Shown: one piece after another, positions 29,928 to 41,121 of the stretch | Layout of the letters: every line of letters starts with the position of its first letter | How positions within the stretch are numbered: the first letter of the stretch is position 1 | Source: an uncultured cyanobacterium | GTDB lineage: Bacteria > Cyanobacteriota > Cyanobacteriia > Cyanobacteriales > Nostocaceae | Assembly: GCA_963706595.1 (NCBI GenBank) | Contig: OY970166.1 | Coordinates: 2,592,001 to 2,656,000 of the forward strand | Length of the DNA: 64,000 nucleotides | Direction of reading: 5' to 3' | The notes under the pieces: model-generated | Told to the model about the DNA's origin: nothing | Databases searched by the model: none | What the model saw: the letters and a program-made list of their open reading frames with translations, nothing else | Made by a program: the position numbers and the translations under genes

Positions 29928-31766
29928 TTACCTAGATGAAGATATTTTGAGTGATTCTTTGTTGGTCTTTCTTAAAGAAACTCGAATTAACTGATAAGTG
30001 TCTTTAGTCTCTAAAATATCGTAACTACCCGGTTGCAAGTCCATTTTTACAAAGGCTTTGGGTTCAGCTATCACTAATAAGGAAGACTGCTGTGCTGGCT
30101 GAGAAGTGCGATTTTTAATATGCTCTACAGCATCCTTTGTGAGGTGAATATAATTTACAGGTTTTTGTGTGTAAAAAACTACGCTTGGTTTCTTGAAACC
30201 AACCATCAGTAATTCCTCATTTGGTTGTTTTGCTTCCACGACAACAGCAGATAAGTCTCTTAAGGGTTGCTGGCGCTGTTGATCCATGAAAAACAAAGCT
30301 GGCATTAAGACAATGATTAAGAAGGCCGTAAATAACAGTAGATTTACGTGAATAATATTGTGCCAATTGCGATTGATTATTAAAGCGGCAATGATCAGCG
30401 CCCCCAAAAACCATAAGAATCCTCCTAATGCTGGTAAACCTGCGTTTGAAATCAGTCGGGGGAAGCCAGGTGCTATGGAATTATCATTAATTAAATGAAT
30501 GATGTGCAGCACTGCTATTGCCAGGACTGTAGCAAATATGACATTTATCCAAGCACTGAATTTGAGCGCAGAGGATGCAGAGGCGATGTCTTGGTGCTGT
30601 TCGGGGAAAAAGTCGCTCCATAACAGCGCTACTAATATAGCTACGGCTGGCATTAAGGGCAACACATAGCTGGGAAGTTTTGTGACAGCGATGCTAAAAA
30701 AGCCAAAGATACTTATAAACCAGATACAGGCAAATAAACCCAGTTGTTGAGAGCGTTCTTGAGTTAGCCAGTGCGATCGCTGCCAAAACCTCAGTTTAGC
30801 CATTGCTATGGGTAAATACACTGAGTACGGCGCAAAGCCCAGGAGTACGACTAAAAAATAGAAATACCAAGGGGCTGAGTGTCCATTAACTACTTCTGTG
30901 AACCGTTCTACGTTGTGATAGCCAAAAAACGAGTCCACATAATCCCAACCATTACGCCAAGTTACCAGGACATACCACGGGGCTGATAAGGCGAAAATAA
31001 TCAGCATACCGATGAAGGGACGCATTTGGGTGAAGACTTCGCGAATTTTGCCTACATAAATCACGAATGCAGCCACAATCAGTACAGGTAGAACAATTCC
31101 TACTGGCCCTTTACTCAAAATCGCTCCAGCAATTAGCACGTAAAAAGCTAAATACCATTTGTTTGGGAATAAAGATGAGACGGATTTGGGCGGAGTTTCT
31201 GCTGTGGTTGCGTAGCCGAGAAAAAAACATAACAAGGCTGATGCCATGCAGCCAGTCAGCATCATATCAGAAACACCGGTTCTTCCCCAGACAATCATCT
31301 CAGGACTGAGTGCCAGCATGGCGGCGGCAATGAAAGCTGTTAAGTTGCGCCGAATCGGGCGTGAAACCTGCTCTAATTCGTCTTTTTTGCAGAAATACCA
31401 CTGTACAGTGTAAAAGGTTAAACCAATGACTCCCACAGCCGCGATCGCGGAAGGTAGACGCACTGACCACTCATTTACGCCGATAATGGAATAGGCGATC
31501 GCTTGACACCAGTAAATTAAAGATGGTTTATCAAAACGAGTTTCGCCATTAAAAATGGGAGTAATCCAATCACCTGTAACCAACATTTGACGGGAAGCTT
31601 CGGCAAATAATGGCTCGGTTTCGTCAATCAAGCCGACATTACCCAAATTCCACCCATAACCTAGCCAACTAATCAAAATCAGTAGAGTCACAGCAAAAAC
31701 TGGACTTTTGGCTAGATTGTTGCACCACTCGTTCACACTACCCGGAACACTCAGTTTTATCCTCAT
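29928..31766 (-). CDS. ArnT/GT39-like membrane glycosyltransferase
   Basis: DETEPLFAEASRQM, RFDKP, KGPVG, TKLPSY; multiple TM segments. Confidence 0.9.
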   Translation of the reverse strand: MRIKLSVPGSVNEWCNNLAKSPVFAVTLLILISWLGYGWNLGNVGLIDETEPLFAEASRQMLVTGDWITPIFNGETRFDKPSLIYWCQAIAYSIIGVNEWSVRLPSAIAAVGVIGLTFYTVQWYFCKKDELEQVSRPIRRNLTAFIAAAMLALSPEMIVWGRTGVSDMMLTGCMASALLCFFLGYATTAETPPKSVSSLFPNKWYLAFYVLIAGAILSKGPVGIVLPVLIVAAFVIYVGKIREVFTQMRPFIGMLIIFALSAPWYVLVTWRNGWDYVDSFFGYHNVERFTEVVNGHSAPWYFYFLVVLLGFAPYSVYLPIAMAKLRFWQRSHWLTQERSQQLGLFACIWFISIFGFFSIAVTKLPSYVLPLMPAVAILVALLWSDFFPEQHQDIASASSALKFSAWINVIFATVLAIAVLHIIHLINDNSIAPGFPRLISNAGLPALGGFLWFLGALIIAALIINRNWHNIIHVNLLLFTAFLIIVLMPALFFMDQQRQQPLRDLSAVVVEAKQPNEELLMVGFKKPSVVFYTQKPVNYIHLTKDAVEHIKNRTSQPAQQSSLLVIAEPKAFVKMDLQPGSYDILETKDTYQLIRVSLRKTNKESLKISSSR

Positions 31767-31910
31767 TATTTATCACTTAATATTCCACACTTAAACATAA
31801 CTAATCCATAGTCGTTGACTAGCTAGATTTTGTTCTTGCATAGAGTCAATCTCAGACGCGATTGATTACGTCTCTACTGGACTGACAAGCTTAAAATGTT
31901 ACCAAAAATT

Positions 31911-32027
31911 GTAGGTTGGGGAGCCAGTGCGATCTTGGGGGAAACCCCCATGAGCAACTGGCGTTTGACGTTAGGAAACCCAACATCATTGGTCGCGTTG
32001 GGTTGCGCTGCGCTTAACCCAACCTAC
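31911..32027. repeat. REP-like element GTAGGTTGGG...CCCAACCTAC with nested repeat
   Basis: gtaggttggg at the start, cccaacctac at the end; internal gagccagtgcgatcttggggg...ccatgagcaactggcg. Confidence 0.7.
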
Positions 32028-32032
32028 TTGTT

Positions 32033-32653
32033 TCAAGGACTAAGTACCAATAACCATTCTTGGTTTTGGGTGTTCCATTGAGGCACAGAAGTTTGCCCAA
32101 CCACATAGGGACCCCAGTAACGGCGAGAACCATCTTGTGCAAAAGCAACTATGATATCTCCCGTTTCCAACTTGAGATTCCCATTCGGTAGGGATAGAAT
32201 CAACCCCTTTGTACTACCTTCTTGGGGATCAAAATCCCAATGCGCCGGAACATCATAGTTAGTTTGTTGATTACCAGAGTCTTTCACCTGAGACTGTCGT
32301 GCAAGTAACGCTAGGCGCACAGGCTGATCTGTTTGATTACTCATTCGTAAAGTCCCTTGATTCTTGACATTAGCAGTTGAATTTTGTCGCTGTGCCAAGA
32401 TGTGAGTCCCGTTGAGTCCGATTTTATCGGTTTGGGTTGTTTCGGGAATTGAAGTAGTCGGAGTAACTGTTTGATCGGGGAAATCTGGCTCTGATGTTTG
32501 AGAAGATGCTGCTGAGGATGTATCGGAATCTGCCGACTCAAAAGACACACTTATTTCCCAGCATCCCACCATGAACCCTAGTAGCCCTAAAGCACAAACT
32601 CCAATAGCAGCGTTACGATATACTGAAAATTTCATATTGATAATGGTTAGCAA
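32033..32653 (-). CDS. Hypothetical secreted protein or lipoprotein
   Basis: Hydrophobic segment ending MVGC, Ser/Thr-rich linker, globular C-terminus; start uncertain. Confidence 0.7.
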   Translation of the reverse strand: MLTIINMKFSVYRNAAIGVCALGLLGFMVGCWEISVSFESADSDTSSAASSQTSEPDFPDQTVTPTTSIPETTQTDKIGLNGTHILAQRQNSTANVKNQGTLRMSNQTDQPVRLALLARQSQVKDSGNQQTNYDVPAHWDFDPQEGSTKGLILSLPNGNLKLETGDIIVAFAQDGSRRYWGPYVVGQTSVPQWNTQNQEWLLVLSP

Positions 32654-33125
32654 TAATATTTTGTCTAGGCTTGAGGAAATACTAGCCTATTATTTGAAGG
32701 GGTAATTCAGGATATTTGGCTACTAGCTGACTCTAGCTTCTGCTATCAACAGAATCTGCAATGTATCGAAAATATCATTTTTAGCAAAAAGCTTTGGCAT
32801 AAATAATAACATTACTTGTCAATGAAAAAAGGTGGAAAGACCTGATTAATCAGCACAATTTCGATAATCAACGCAAAAAATAGGCAAAGTATGATACAGA
32901 AGTCAGAAATGCATTTGCAGAAACACAAAAAGCAGCTGTTCAGAATTACTGCGTGTGAGTAACAAGGTGTATATCGTGAAATTTTCAGAATTAACTGGAG
33001 AAAATTCTTGATATATCTTAATATTTTTGAGTGAGTTGAGGTGACTGCTTTGAGATCAAACATCCTCTTGCTACGATCAAAGTTGGGAAAAAGTTACCGT
33101 TTCGCAGCAAGTACCCACCTAATTC

Positions 33126-33458
33126 ATGCAAAACACTCGTCTGACTAATTTAGTCGATTCCATTGCTAGTCGTCTGGGACAATGGTTTTTAAATCCTTGG
33201 CGACGTTTATCGTTACTGTTGATTAGTTTCTTCTTTGGGTTTTTTCTGGGAACAGCCATTTCTACTGTAGCTGGTCAAAGAGGTTTATTGGATATTGTGA
33301 TTGCGGGTTGTCTGGTGGTGCTGACAGAGGTTACTAGCAGAATATTTTACAGTCGTAACTTTTTGGCCAAGCGCTCTCTCTTGGTAGAATCATTAAACGT
33401 TCTCAAAGTTGGTTTTATCTATAGTATGTTTGTCGAATCTTTTAAACTGGGTTCGTGA
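33126..33458 (+). CDS. DUF565 / Ycf20-like membrane protein
   Basis: MQNTRL...NPWRR...FKLGS signature. Confidence 0.88.
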   Translation: MQNTRLTNLVDSIASRLGQWFLNPWRRLSLLLISFFFGFFLGTAISTVAGQRGLLDIVIAGCLVVLTEVTSRIFYSRNFLAKRSLLVESLNVLKVGFIYSMFVESFKLGS

Positions 33459-34381
33459 TCATGAATTTTTGGGACGGTGATGCAGATACAACAAAAGCAG
33501 GTTTATATAACTCTATTCTGCCAACTTTTCGCCATTTCTGCCAAACTAACCTGCATAAACCACCAGAGGAAATGTTGGGGGTGTTGTGGGACTTATGGCT
33601 ACCATTGAGTTTAAAACTAGCTTCCCATCGTCGAGAATTGGGACGACCCCTAATTCAGGGAATTTTAGGTGGACAAGGTACTGGTAAAACGACAATGTGC
33701 CAAGTTCTGAGCTTAGTTCTCCAGCAGTTAGGATATCGGACTCTGAGTTTATCTTTAGATGATTTGTATAAAACTTATGGCGATCGCCTGCTTTTAACTC
33801 AGCAAGATCCCCGGTTGATTTGGCGAGGGCCACCAGGAACCCACGATCTAGATTTAGGGTTAAAGGTGCTAGATCAGATTCGCCAGGGTGAAAGTCCAGT
33901 CAGCGTTCCCCGCTTTGATAAATCTGCATACAACGGTGCAGGCGATCGCACTACCCCAGAAATTGTTACAGACATTGATATTGTCCTATTTGAAGGTTGG
34001 TTTGTGGGTGTGAGACCCATTGACCCCGATGTATTTAATCATGCCCCGCCACCAATTTTCACAGAGCAGGATCGGGTCTTTGCCCGTGATATGAATCAGC
34101 GACTCAGTGATTATCTGCCCCTCTGGGAACGATTAGACAGTTTAATGGTGCTATATCCCACTGATTATCGTTGTTCAATGACATGGCGAAAACAAGCAGA
34201 ACAACAAATGATTGCGACTGGTAAATTGGGGATGTCGGATTCACAGATTGAAGAATTTGTCAACTATTTTTGGCGATCGCTGCACCCAGAATTATTCATT
34301 ACACCGTTGGTGAAATCGTCTGTAGAAGTTGATTTAGTGATTTCCATTCATCCTGATCACAGTATTAATGCAGTCAGATAA
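33455..34381 (+). CDS. Glycerate kinase (plant GLYK-type P-loop kinase)
   Basis: GILGGQGTGKTT, SLDDLY, RGPPGTHD, PRFDKS, FEGWFVG. Confidence 0.85.
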   Translation: MIMNFWDGDADTTKAGLYNSILPTFRHFCQTNLHKPPEEMLGVLWDLWLPLSLKLASHRRELGRPLIQGILGGQGTGKTTMCQVLSLVLQQLGYRTLSLSLDDLYKTYGDRLLLTQQDPRLIWRGPPGTHDLDLGLKVLDQIRQGESPVSVPRFDKSAYNGAGDRTTPEIVTDIDIVLFEGWFVGVRPIDPDVFNHAPPPIFTEQDRVFARDMNQRLSDYLPLWERLDSLMVLYPTDYRCSMTWRKQAEQQMIATGKLGMSDSQIEEFVNYFWRSLHPELFITPLVKSSVEVDLVISIHPDHSINAVR

Positions 34382-35312
34382 ATTTTACGCGATCGCGTCC
34401 GGCTGTTTTGGCTTGATATAATGCTTTATCAGCCAGAGCCACCAATTCTTGCGAGTCAGAACTAGGTGTGGGGATGAGTGTAGCCACTCCGGCACTGATA
34501 GTCACATAAGAACTCACCGGGGAACTACTATGGGGGATAGCCAGTTTCCTAACCACAGAACAAACGATCTGTCCCAGCATGATCGCCCCTTGAATCTCCG
34601 TATGAGGTAAAATCACCGCAAATTCCTCACCGCCATAACGAGCCACTAAATCCGCAGGACGTTTAATAGTACTTTTAATAGATTTCGCCACTTGTTGCAG
34701 ACAGCGATCGCCTATCTGATGGCCATAGGTATCATTATATAATTTAAAAAAATCCACATCGCCGATAATCACAGAAAGAGGCAGTTGTTCCCTGAGCATA
34801 CGTTGCCACTCTTGATCCAAATATTCTTCAAATCGTCGGCGATTCGCGACTTGAGTTAATTGATCAATAGTCACCAACCTCTGCAATTCTTGGTTAGCAG
34901 ACTCCAATTGTTTCTGAAGCTGAGATTGGGAAATCAAGCGTTTTACCCGTTGACGCAAAACTGGCCAGTGAATCGGTTTGGTGACAAAATCAATTGCACC
35001 CACTTCAAATGCCTTGTCTACTGACTCTTGATCATCCAGTCCGGTAATCATTAAAACTGGAATATCCTGACTACACTCAAGAAACTGTAACCGATTACAG
35101 CACTCGAATCCATCCATATCGGGCATAATTGCATCCAGGAGTATGATATCGGGATGCAATTGCTCACACCGACTTAAAGCCTCTCTACCATTTTGAGCTT
35201 CCGCGATTTGATACCCTTCCCGTTTGAGAGCCAGTCGCAGCTGCATCCGAATAAATTCTTCATCATCAACAATTAGAATTAGAGATTGATTTTCTGCAAA
35301 TGTAGTTTTCAA
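34374..35312 (-). CDS. Response regulator diguanylate cyclase (REC-GGDEF)
   Basis: REC with LLDAIMP; I-site RPAD; ARYGGEEF. Confidence 0.95.
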   Translation of the reverse strand: MKTTFAENQSLILIVDDEEFIRMQLRLALKREGYQIAEAQNGREALSRCEQLHPDIILLDAIMPDMDGFECCNRLQFLECSQDIPVLMITGLDDQESVDKAFEVGAIDFVTKPIHWPVLRQRVKRLISQSQLQKQLESANQELQRLVTIDQLTQVANRRRFEEYLDQEWQRMLREQLPLSVIIGDVDFFKLYNDTYGHQIGDRCLQQVAKSIKSTIKRPADLVARYGGEEFAVILPHTEIQGAIMLGQIVCSVVRKLAIPHSSSPVSSYVTISAGVATLIPTPSSDSQELVALADKALYQAKTAGRDRVKFI

Positions 35313-35318
35313 TGACGC

Positions 35319-38300
35319 TCACTTCTCCAGTTCTATTTGCAAAGCCTTTTTCACTAACTCATATTCCTGGTAGAGTTGTGAGCAGATTTCTTCACTAGTT
35401 TCTAAATCACTAATTCGTCCTTTTGCTTCTAGCTGCTTGCACATTTGTGCCAAGTTAAGAGCGCCAACAGAGGCACTACTAGACTTGAGAGTGTGGGCTA
35501 CCTTCCATAAAGCTTGAGCATCTTGAGTTGCGTGTGATGCCTTGATATTTTGGATACACTTGGGAGCTTCTGTCAGATAACAATTGAGTAATTGCTTGAA
35601 TTCCGTCTCATCTCCTGACATCATATCTCGTAAAGAATTGAGAATTTTAGTGTCAATTATAGTCGGTTCTAAGTAAGTCGGCGTGACAATTGCCTCTTCT
35701 ATAACGGTGGGGGAAAAAATTGTTTTGGTGGAAGTGAATCCAGAACTGTTTCGGACTTGGCATTTACTGAGCGCTAAAGCTAACTCTCCCAGTCGCACAG
35801 GTTTGCTAATGTAGTCATCCATACCAGCCGCCAAACAGATTTCGCGATCGCCTTGCATAGCATTGGCAGTCATGGCGATCATATAAGGACGAGAAGCTGG
35901 ATATTCCTGACAGATTCTTTGGCTGGCTTCTAGTCCATCCATTTCGGGCATTTGCACATCCATCAACACGACATCATAAGGACTGAGTTGCAAAGCCCTG
36001 AGTACTTCTAGTCCATTAGCCGCCACATCTGCCCGATAACCAATCTTCTGTAACATCAGGAGGGCAACTTTTTGATTTACTGCTGTATCCTCTGCTAGCA
36101 GAATTCGCAATGGCTTTTGCTCTGCCATAGACAAATCAGGCCCAGGAGTCTGGTGTTCAGAGATCCTAGCTTTAATCAGTTGATTACCCAAAACATCAGT
36201 CAGGACATTGTAGAGTTGAGATTGTTTGACAGGTTTACTCAAAAACGTCACAAACTGCACATCCCTAAATTCTTGGCAAGTTGATTGACTGAGGTTTGTG
36301 AGCATCACCAAAGGCATCTGCTCATAGCCACGTTGTTGGTGGATGAGATTTGCTAAACTAATCATTTCCTGATCAGACATTTGTAGATCCAAAAGCGCAA
36401 CGTCAAACCCTTCTCCCTTGCTCAGTTCACCTAAAGCTTCTCGGCTGGAATTAACCGTATAAGTTGGCATTTTCCAAGACTCTGCATTGATCTGGAGAAT
36501 TTTGTGATTGCTGGAATTTTCAGCCACAATCAATAACCGCTTTCCCTCTAGCTGAACTAGGGAAGTGCAACAGGCATCTAAATAGGAATTAGCAGGTACT
36601 TGGGTAGTAATGGTGAAGTAAAAGGTAGAACCTAGAGCAGGGCGAGTGGATGAAATTAACTTGCTAGTTTTCCATCCCGCACTGGGATTACCACCGACAC
36701 CACCTTGGCTTTCCACCCAAAGAGTGCCACCCATGATTTCACTTAGCCGTTTGCTAATTACCAGTCCCAATCCTGTACCACCATATCTTCGATTCATGGA
36801 AGCATCTGCCTGAGCAAAAGGTTGAAATAAGCCTTTCATCTTCTCTGGAACGATGCCAATGCCTGTGTCTTGGATGGAAAAGAGAATTTTGTAAATGTTT
36901 TGGTTTTTCTTGCTAATCAGTTGTTGAACTTCGACGGCAAGAATCACTTCTCCCTGATTGGTAAACTTAATGGCATTATTCAGGAGATTCATCAAAACTT
37001 GGCTCAGGCGAGTGAAATCGCCGATAATCTGTACCGGAACCCCAGGCTTGATAATGTAAGCTAATTCAATATTTTTTTCCGATGCTTTGAGAGCTAAAAA
37101 GTCAATCACTCTCTCTATACAAGCTCTCAAATCAAAAGGTTGTTCTTCTAGTTCTAGTTTGCCTGATTCAATTTTGGAGAAATCCAGAATATCGTTGATG
37201 ATGTTGAGTAGAGCGTCGCCGCTACTGGAAATTGTCTCTACAAAGTCACGCTGTTGAGCAGTCAGTTGGGTAGATAGCAACAGCCCTGTCATCCCAATCA
37301 CAGCATTCATCGGAGTCCGAATTTCATGGCTCATCATCGCTAGAAACTCACTTTTCGCCCGATTTGCAGTTTCTGCTTCCCGTTTTGCTTGCTCCAAAGC
37401 AAAATTTTTCATAGTGAGTTCTTGACGTTGGCGGGTTTCTTGTTCGAGCAAGTAAGCCTGCACTAATGCTATGCCTAATTGAGCTGCTACAGCCTCAAAT
37501 AATTCAATTTCGTCTGGACTCCATTCGCGAAAATCGCTGCACTGATGCAGATAAATGGCTCCATTCGGTTCTCCTTGATAGGATGTACGCACTGTCAGCA
37601 TCGACTTCAACTTAATCTCTCGGCAGATCAGTGCGGATGGTTGGAGTAAGGGATCAAGGTAGACATTTGCAGAAGCGATCGCTTGATCCTGCTTGATCAT
37701 TTGCTCCGCATGGGGATTGCCGATAATCGCAATTTCTCTGTTAAACATGGAGCAGTAATCAGGGACTACATACTCTGCCACTAAGGGAATTTGGGGTATG
37801 GGATCGCTACGATAACAGTGAATTAAACAGCGATGAACTCCAAAAGCTTTGCCAATTTGGATCGCAGCTGTCTCAAATATGCTTTTGCTGTCGAGACTTT
37901 CACGAATTTTATGGGTAATTTGTCCCAGTAGCAACGTGCGGTTAAATTGGCGTTTTAGTGCGAATTGTGCTTCCACACGTTCAGTAATATCTTTAGTCGA
38001 GCCAACCATCCGCACTGGATTACCCTGTTCATCCCATTGAGCTTTGGCATGGACTAGTACCCACTTATAGCTACCATCATGACAGCGCACACGAAACTCA
38101 GTTACGTAATTGGGAATTTTCCGACTCAAATAATCCTGTTGAGTGAGCATGATCCGTTCGTAATCATCAGGATGGATGCGGCTCCACCAGTCATCATTGC
38201 TACCGTTGATTTGATGTTCTTTTCCCTGCAACAGATCACCCCACTTTGCAAAACGGAAAGTTTGGTTTGTAATAATGTTCCAATCCCAAATCGCATCTTG

Positions 38301-40100
38301 GTTAGCTTCAATGACTAGTTGCCAGCGTTCTTCTTTTTCTCGTAGGGCTGTTTCTGCTTGTTGGCGATCGCGCAACGTGGCTTGCCATTCGCTAATATCA
38401 TTGAGAATGCCCACGAAGTGAGTTAACTGTCCATTTTCATTATGGATAGGTGAAATACTCAATTCATTCCAAAACCTAGAACCATCTTTACGATAATTCA
38501 GCAGCACAACCTTACAACCCTTTCCAGCTTTAATAGATAAGCGCACTTGATTAATTACTGCTGGCTCGGTGTCTTTTCCTTGCAACAATTTACAGTTATT
38601 CCCAATCATGTCTGTAGCATCGTAGCCTGTGATTTGCTCAAAAGCTGCGTTGGTATAAATCACTGGATTATTAGGAAGCCTAGCATCAGCAATAATAATG
38701 CCGTTACTGGTAGCCGCAAGCGCCCTTTCTCTCAATCTCAAAGTTTCTTCAACCAGCTTCAGATCAGTAATATCAAACATGAACCCCCGCAACATCCCAG
38801 AAGCTCCAGATTCGCTGCTAACATTGACAATTTCTCGTAGCCAAACAATTCGCCCATCGGCTGCTAACATCCGATATTCAAATTCGTAATTCTCACATTT
38901 GGTAATTGATTCACAGCAAAAACGTACGGTTTTATCTCGGTCTTGCGGATGTATATGTCTGATCCAAAAATCTTCCTGATACCATTGATCAATGGGATAG
39001 TCTAGTAAAGCCTCTGCTTGGGGTCCAACATAAGTAAATTGCCAAGTCTGCAAGTCTAATTCCCAGGGAATAACTTTAACTGTTTCTAATAACTGCCTTA
39101 AATGATTTTCCCTGGCTGTGAGGGCAACTTCTATCTGTTTCTGACGACAAATCCGATCACCTAGCTCTTGATTTATTGCTGTTATCTGACTAACTTTCAA
39201 TTTCGCAGCCTGGAGAAAATAGCTAGAACAGGCCAGCATCGAGGCCAGCAATAAGCCTCCCAGCAAGACAATGATTGGTAGAGGTGAGTGTAAGTCTATG
39301 AATAATTCTGGAGTTGGGTAAACTTGGATTCGCCAGTTAACGCCGTATAACTCTATGTTCACTTCTGGCTGGTAAGGTGACTGCACTAAAATCTGTGGAT
39401 TGTGCTGGTAAATTAGCTGCTGCTCGTCCCAGATGCTAACGTTGTAGCCATCTGGGATTTGTAAAACTGAATCCAGCAGCGATTGAATTTGAAAAACTCC
39501 TAAGATAAATCCATCGAACTGATTTTGTTTGAACAGGGGTACAGATACGAAGAATCTTTTGCTACCCTGATTCAGGTTGAGTGTTCGGCTGATAGTCGTT
39601 TGATGGCGATCTGCTTGCAACAGCGCTGAGTGCAAAGTACACTCTCTGCAAAGGCGATCGCGCCTTGTTTCCAATGCGGTGCGTTGTCGTCGTGATTCCT
39701 CGATCAAGTCAAGGTTTTTGGCCGTGACATTTTCGGATTCAGGTAGAATCGAGCGTATCCGCAATGATGAGTCAACCCATTGGATGGACTGATATCCTTC
39801 GAGGCGAGGAATACCACCGCCCATAGCAGAGCCTTTTTCTATGCTTTCCAATGCCCGAATCAGAGTTTTGAGTTCGCTAGTCAATTCAGTTTTGAGAGCG
39901 ATCGCCTCCAGTTGTAAGAGTTGTTCAATATGACTCTGCTCTTCAGTCAGTAGTTTTTGCCATAACATCCCGACTGCAATTGAAGCAACAATTCCCAGCA
40001 ATAGTGGCAGTAATATTCGTTTGCTGACCAATTTCACAGATTTCCAGAAATTATATCTGTGATGCCTACCCACTGATTTTTCCTCCAGAGCTTGTAGCAC
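35319..40100 (-). CDS. Multi-sensor hybrid histidine kinase (TM/CHASE-like, PAS, LOV-like PAS, PAS, GAF, HK, two REC, Hpt)
   Basis: [31 protein letters not shown], Hpt AHTLKSSS. Confidence 0.95.
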   Translation of the reverse strand: MLQALEEKSVGRHHRYNFWKSVKLVSKRILLPLLLGIVASIAVGMLWQKLLTEEQSHIEQLLQLEAIALKTELTSELKTLIRALESIEKGSAMGGGIPRLEGYQSIQWVDSSLRIRSILPESENVTAKNLDLIEESRRQRTALETRRDRLCRECTLHSALLQADRHQTTISRTLNLNQGSKRFFVSVPLFKQNQFDGFILGVFQIQSLLDSVLQIPDGYNVSIWDEQQLIYQHNPQILVQSPYQPEVNIELYGVNWRIQVYPTPELFIDLHSPLPIIVLLGGLLLASMLACSSYFLQAAKLKVSQITAINQELGDRICRQKQIEVALTARENHLRQLLETVKVIPWELDLQTWQFTYVGPQAEALLDYPIDQWYQEDFWIRHIHPQDRDKTVRFCCESITKCENYEFEYRMLAADGRIVWLREIVNVSSESGASGMLRGFMFDITDLKLVEETLRLRERALAATSNGIIIADARLPNNPVIYTNAAFEQITGYDATDMIGNNCKLLQGKDTEPAVINQVRLSIKAGKGCKVVLLNYRKDGSRFWNELSISPIHNENGQLTHFVGILNDISEWQATLRDRQQAETALREKEERWQLVIEANQDAIWDWNIITNQTFRFAKWGDLLQGKEHQINGSNDDWWSRIHPDDYERIMLTQQDYLSRKIPNYVTEFRVRCHDGSYKWVLVHAKAQWDEQGNPVRMVGSTKDITERVEAQFALKRQFNRTLLLGQITHKIRESLDSKSIFETAAIQIGKAFGVHRCLIHCYRSDPIPQIPLVAEYVVPDYCSMFNREIAIIGNPHAEQMIKQDQAIASANVYLDPLLQPSALICREIKLKSMLTVRTSYQGEPNGAIYLHQCSDFREWSPDEIELFEAVAAQLGIALVQAYLLEQETRQRQELTMKNFALEQAKREAETANRAKSEFLAMMSHEIRTPMNAVIGMTGLLLSTQLTAQQRDFVETISSSGDALLNIINDILDFSKIESGKLELEEQPFDLRACIERVIDFLALKASEKNIELAYIIKPGVPVQIIGDFTRLSQVLMNLLNNAIKFTNQGEVILAVEVQQLISKKNQNIYKILFSIQDTGIGIVPEKMKGLFQPFAQADASMNRRYGGTGLGLVISKRLSEIMGGTLWVESQGGVGGNPSAGWKTSKLISSTRPALGSTFYFTITTQVPANSYLDACCTSLVQLEGKRLLIVAENSSNHKILQINAESWKMPTYTVNSSREALGELSKGEGFDVALLDLQMSDQEMISLANLIHQQRGYEQMPLVMLTNLSQSTCQEFRDVQFVTFLSKPVKQSQLYNVLTDVLGNQLIKARISEHQTPGPDLSMAEQKPLRILLAEDTAVNQKVALLMLQKIGYRADVAANGLEVLRALQLSPYDVVLMDVQMPEMDGLEASQRICQEYPASRPYMIAMTANAMQGDREICLAAGMDDYISKPVRLGELALALSKCQVRNSSGFTSTKTIFSPTVIEEAIVTPTYLEPTIIDTKILNSLRDMMSGDETEFKQLLNCYLTEAPKCIQNIKASHATQDAQALWKVAHTLKSSSASVGALNLAQMCKQLEAKGRISDLETSEEICSQLYQEYELVKKALQIELEK

Positions 40101-40567
40101 AAATTTTTACTTTAAATTTGTTAAAATCTAAACGTTAACGAAAAAATAATGTTTTTTAAACAAAGAGAATTCTAGTCTAAACTATTAATTGTTTTATTTT
40201 CCAGAATCATCAGTCTGGAGAAAAGTTTTAAACATGATTGATCTCAGAGGATCTCAATAGAAGTATGATCATGGTTAATATCCCCCTTAACCCTGTGAGC
40301 AGGAAGAGAGAAATTACCCAAAGGTCTTTCCGCTTTTTCAGGTGGATTTAGGGAATTATTCAAATTTTATATCCTCCCCAGAAAATTTTTTAGACATCTT
40401 CTAAACTCACAATGAATGTTTTTCAAAATTCTCAATTGAGCATTTTTGGGGGCAAGTGCCTAGAGTATTTTTTCTGAATTGTTGAACTGTGTATAACTTT
40501 AGCTGAGGAGAGATTTTTTAGCCTAAAAAAAGCTCTAATATCAAAGATATTAACTTTTGACAGATTG

Positions 40568-40659
40568 TAATACCTTTCGGTTAAGGGATGTAGAGACTTT
40601 CCATGGAACGTCTCTACAAGGGTTTTCGGCTCACGAATTTGCTTAACCGAACAGTATTG
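40568..40659. mobile_element. 92-bp MITE with 18-bp TIRs and 10-bp target-site duplication
   Basis: taatacctttcggttaag / cttaaccgaacagtattg; flanking direct repeat tgacagattg at 40558-40567 and 40660-40669; internal palindrome tgtagagac...gtctctaca. Confidence 0.88.
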
Positions 40660-40904
40660 TGACAGATTGTACTTACGTAATAATGCTGACGATATTAAAT
40701 TTAATCAAGATTAATTATTATCAATAAAATCAAAAAATCAGGTTGTTATCCTGCTTACGCAGAATTTATTTATTAAAGCTTACTCTTCGAGGGTATGAGT
40801 GCTTCACATAAGTTAATGAAATTTTGAGTTCTTGATCTCAGAGTCAAGGTTTGATTTTATCGGCAAGCGATCGCTCCACGCATCACAGGTGGGAATACAA
40901 CAGG

Positions 40905-41054
40905 CTAAAAGAGCGTTTGCCCGCAAAGGGTGTCGGTATAAAATCGATGTCCCGATGGTGTTCTTTTGGCAGGTAATTTCCCAGAATTGTCCCATCTCTG
41001 CAACGTTTTCACAGAAACTCCCATTTTTTCGGCAAATTCATGTGGTTTAAACAT
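40905..41054 (-). pseudogene. IS607-family serine recombinase TnpA, N-terminal MerR-type HTH only (49 aa; absent from the ORF track)
   Basis: MFKPHEFAEKMGVSVKTLQRWDNSGKLPAKRTPSGHRFYTD then diverges and stops; upstream TTGACA-N18-TACACT on the minus strand. Confidence 0.85.
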
Positions 41055-41121
41055 AAATACACTTGTAGACAAAGCTATAAGTGTATAAGTATGTCTATTT
41101 AATTGTCAACTTAGGATAGCT

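Noticed and set aside
37000..39000. Many antisense ORFs of 60-130 aa inside long genes across the window
   Set aside because: They overlap well-supported genes on the opposite strand or frame and have no recognisable motifs
40813..41050. Track ORFs 40813-40995 (-) and 40832-41050 (+)
   Set aside because: Shadows of the IS607 TnpA fragment in another frame
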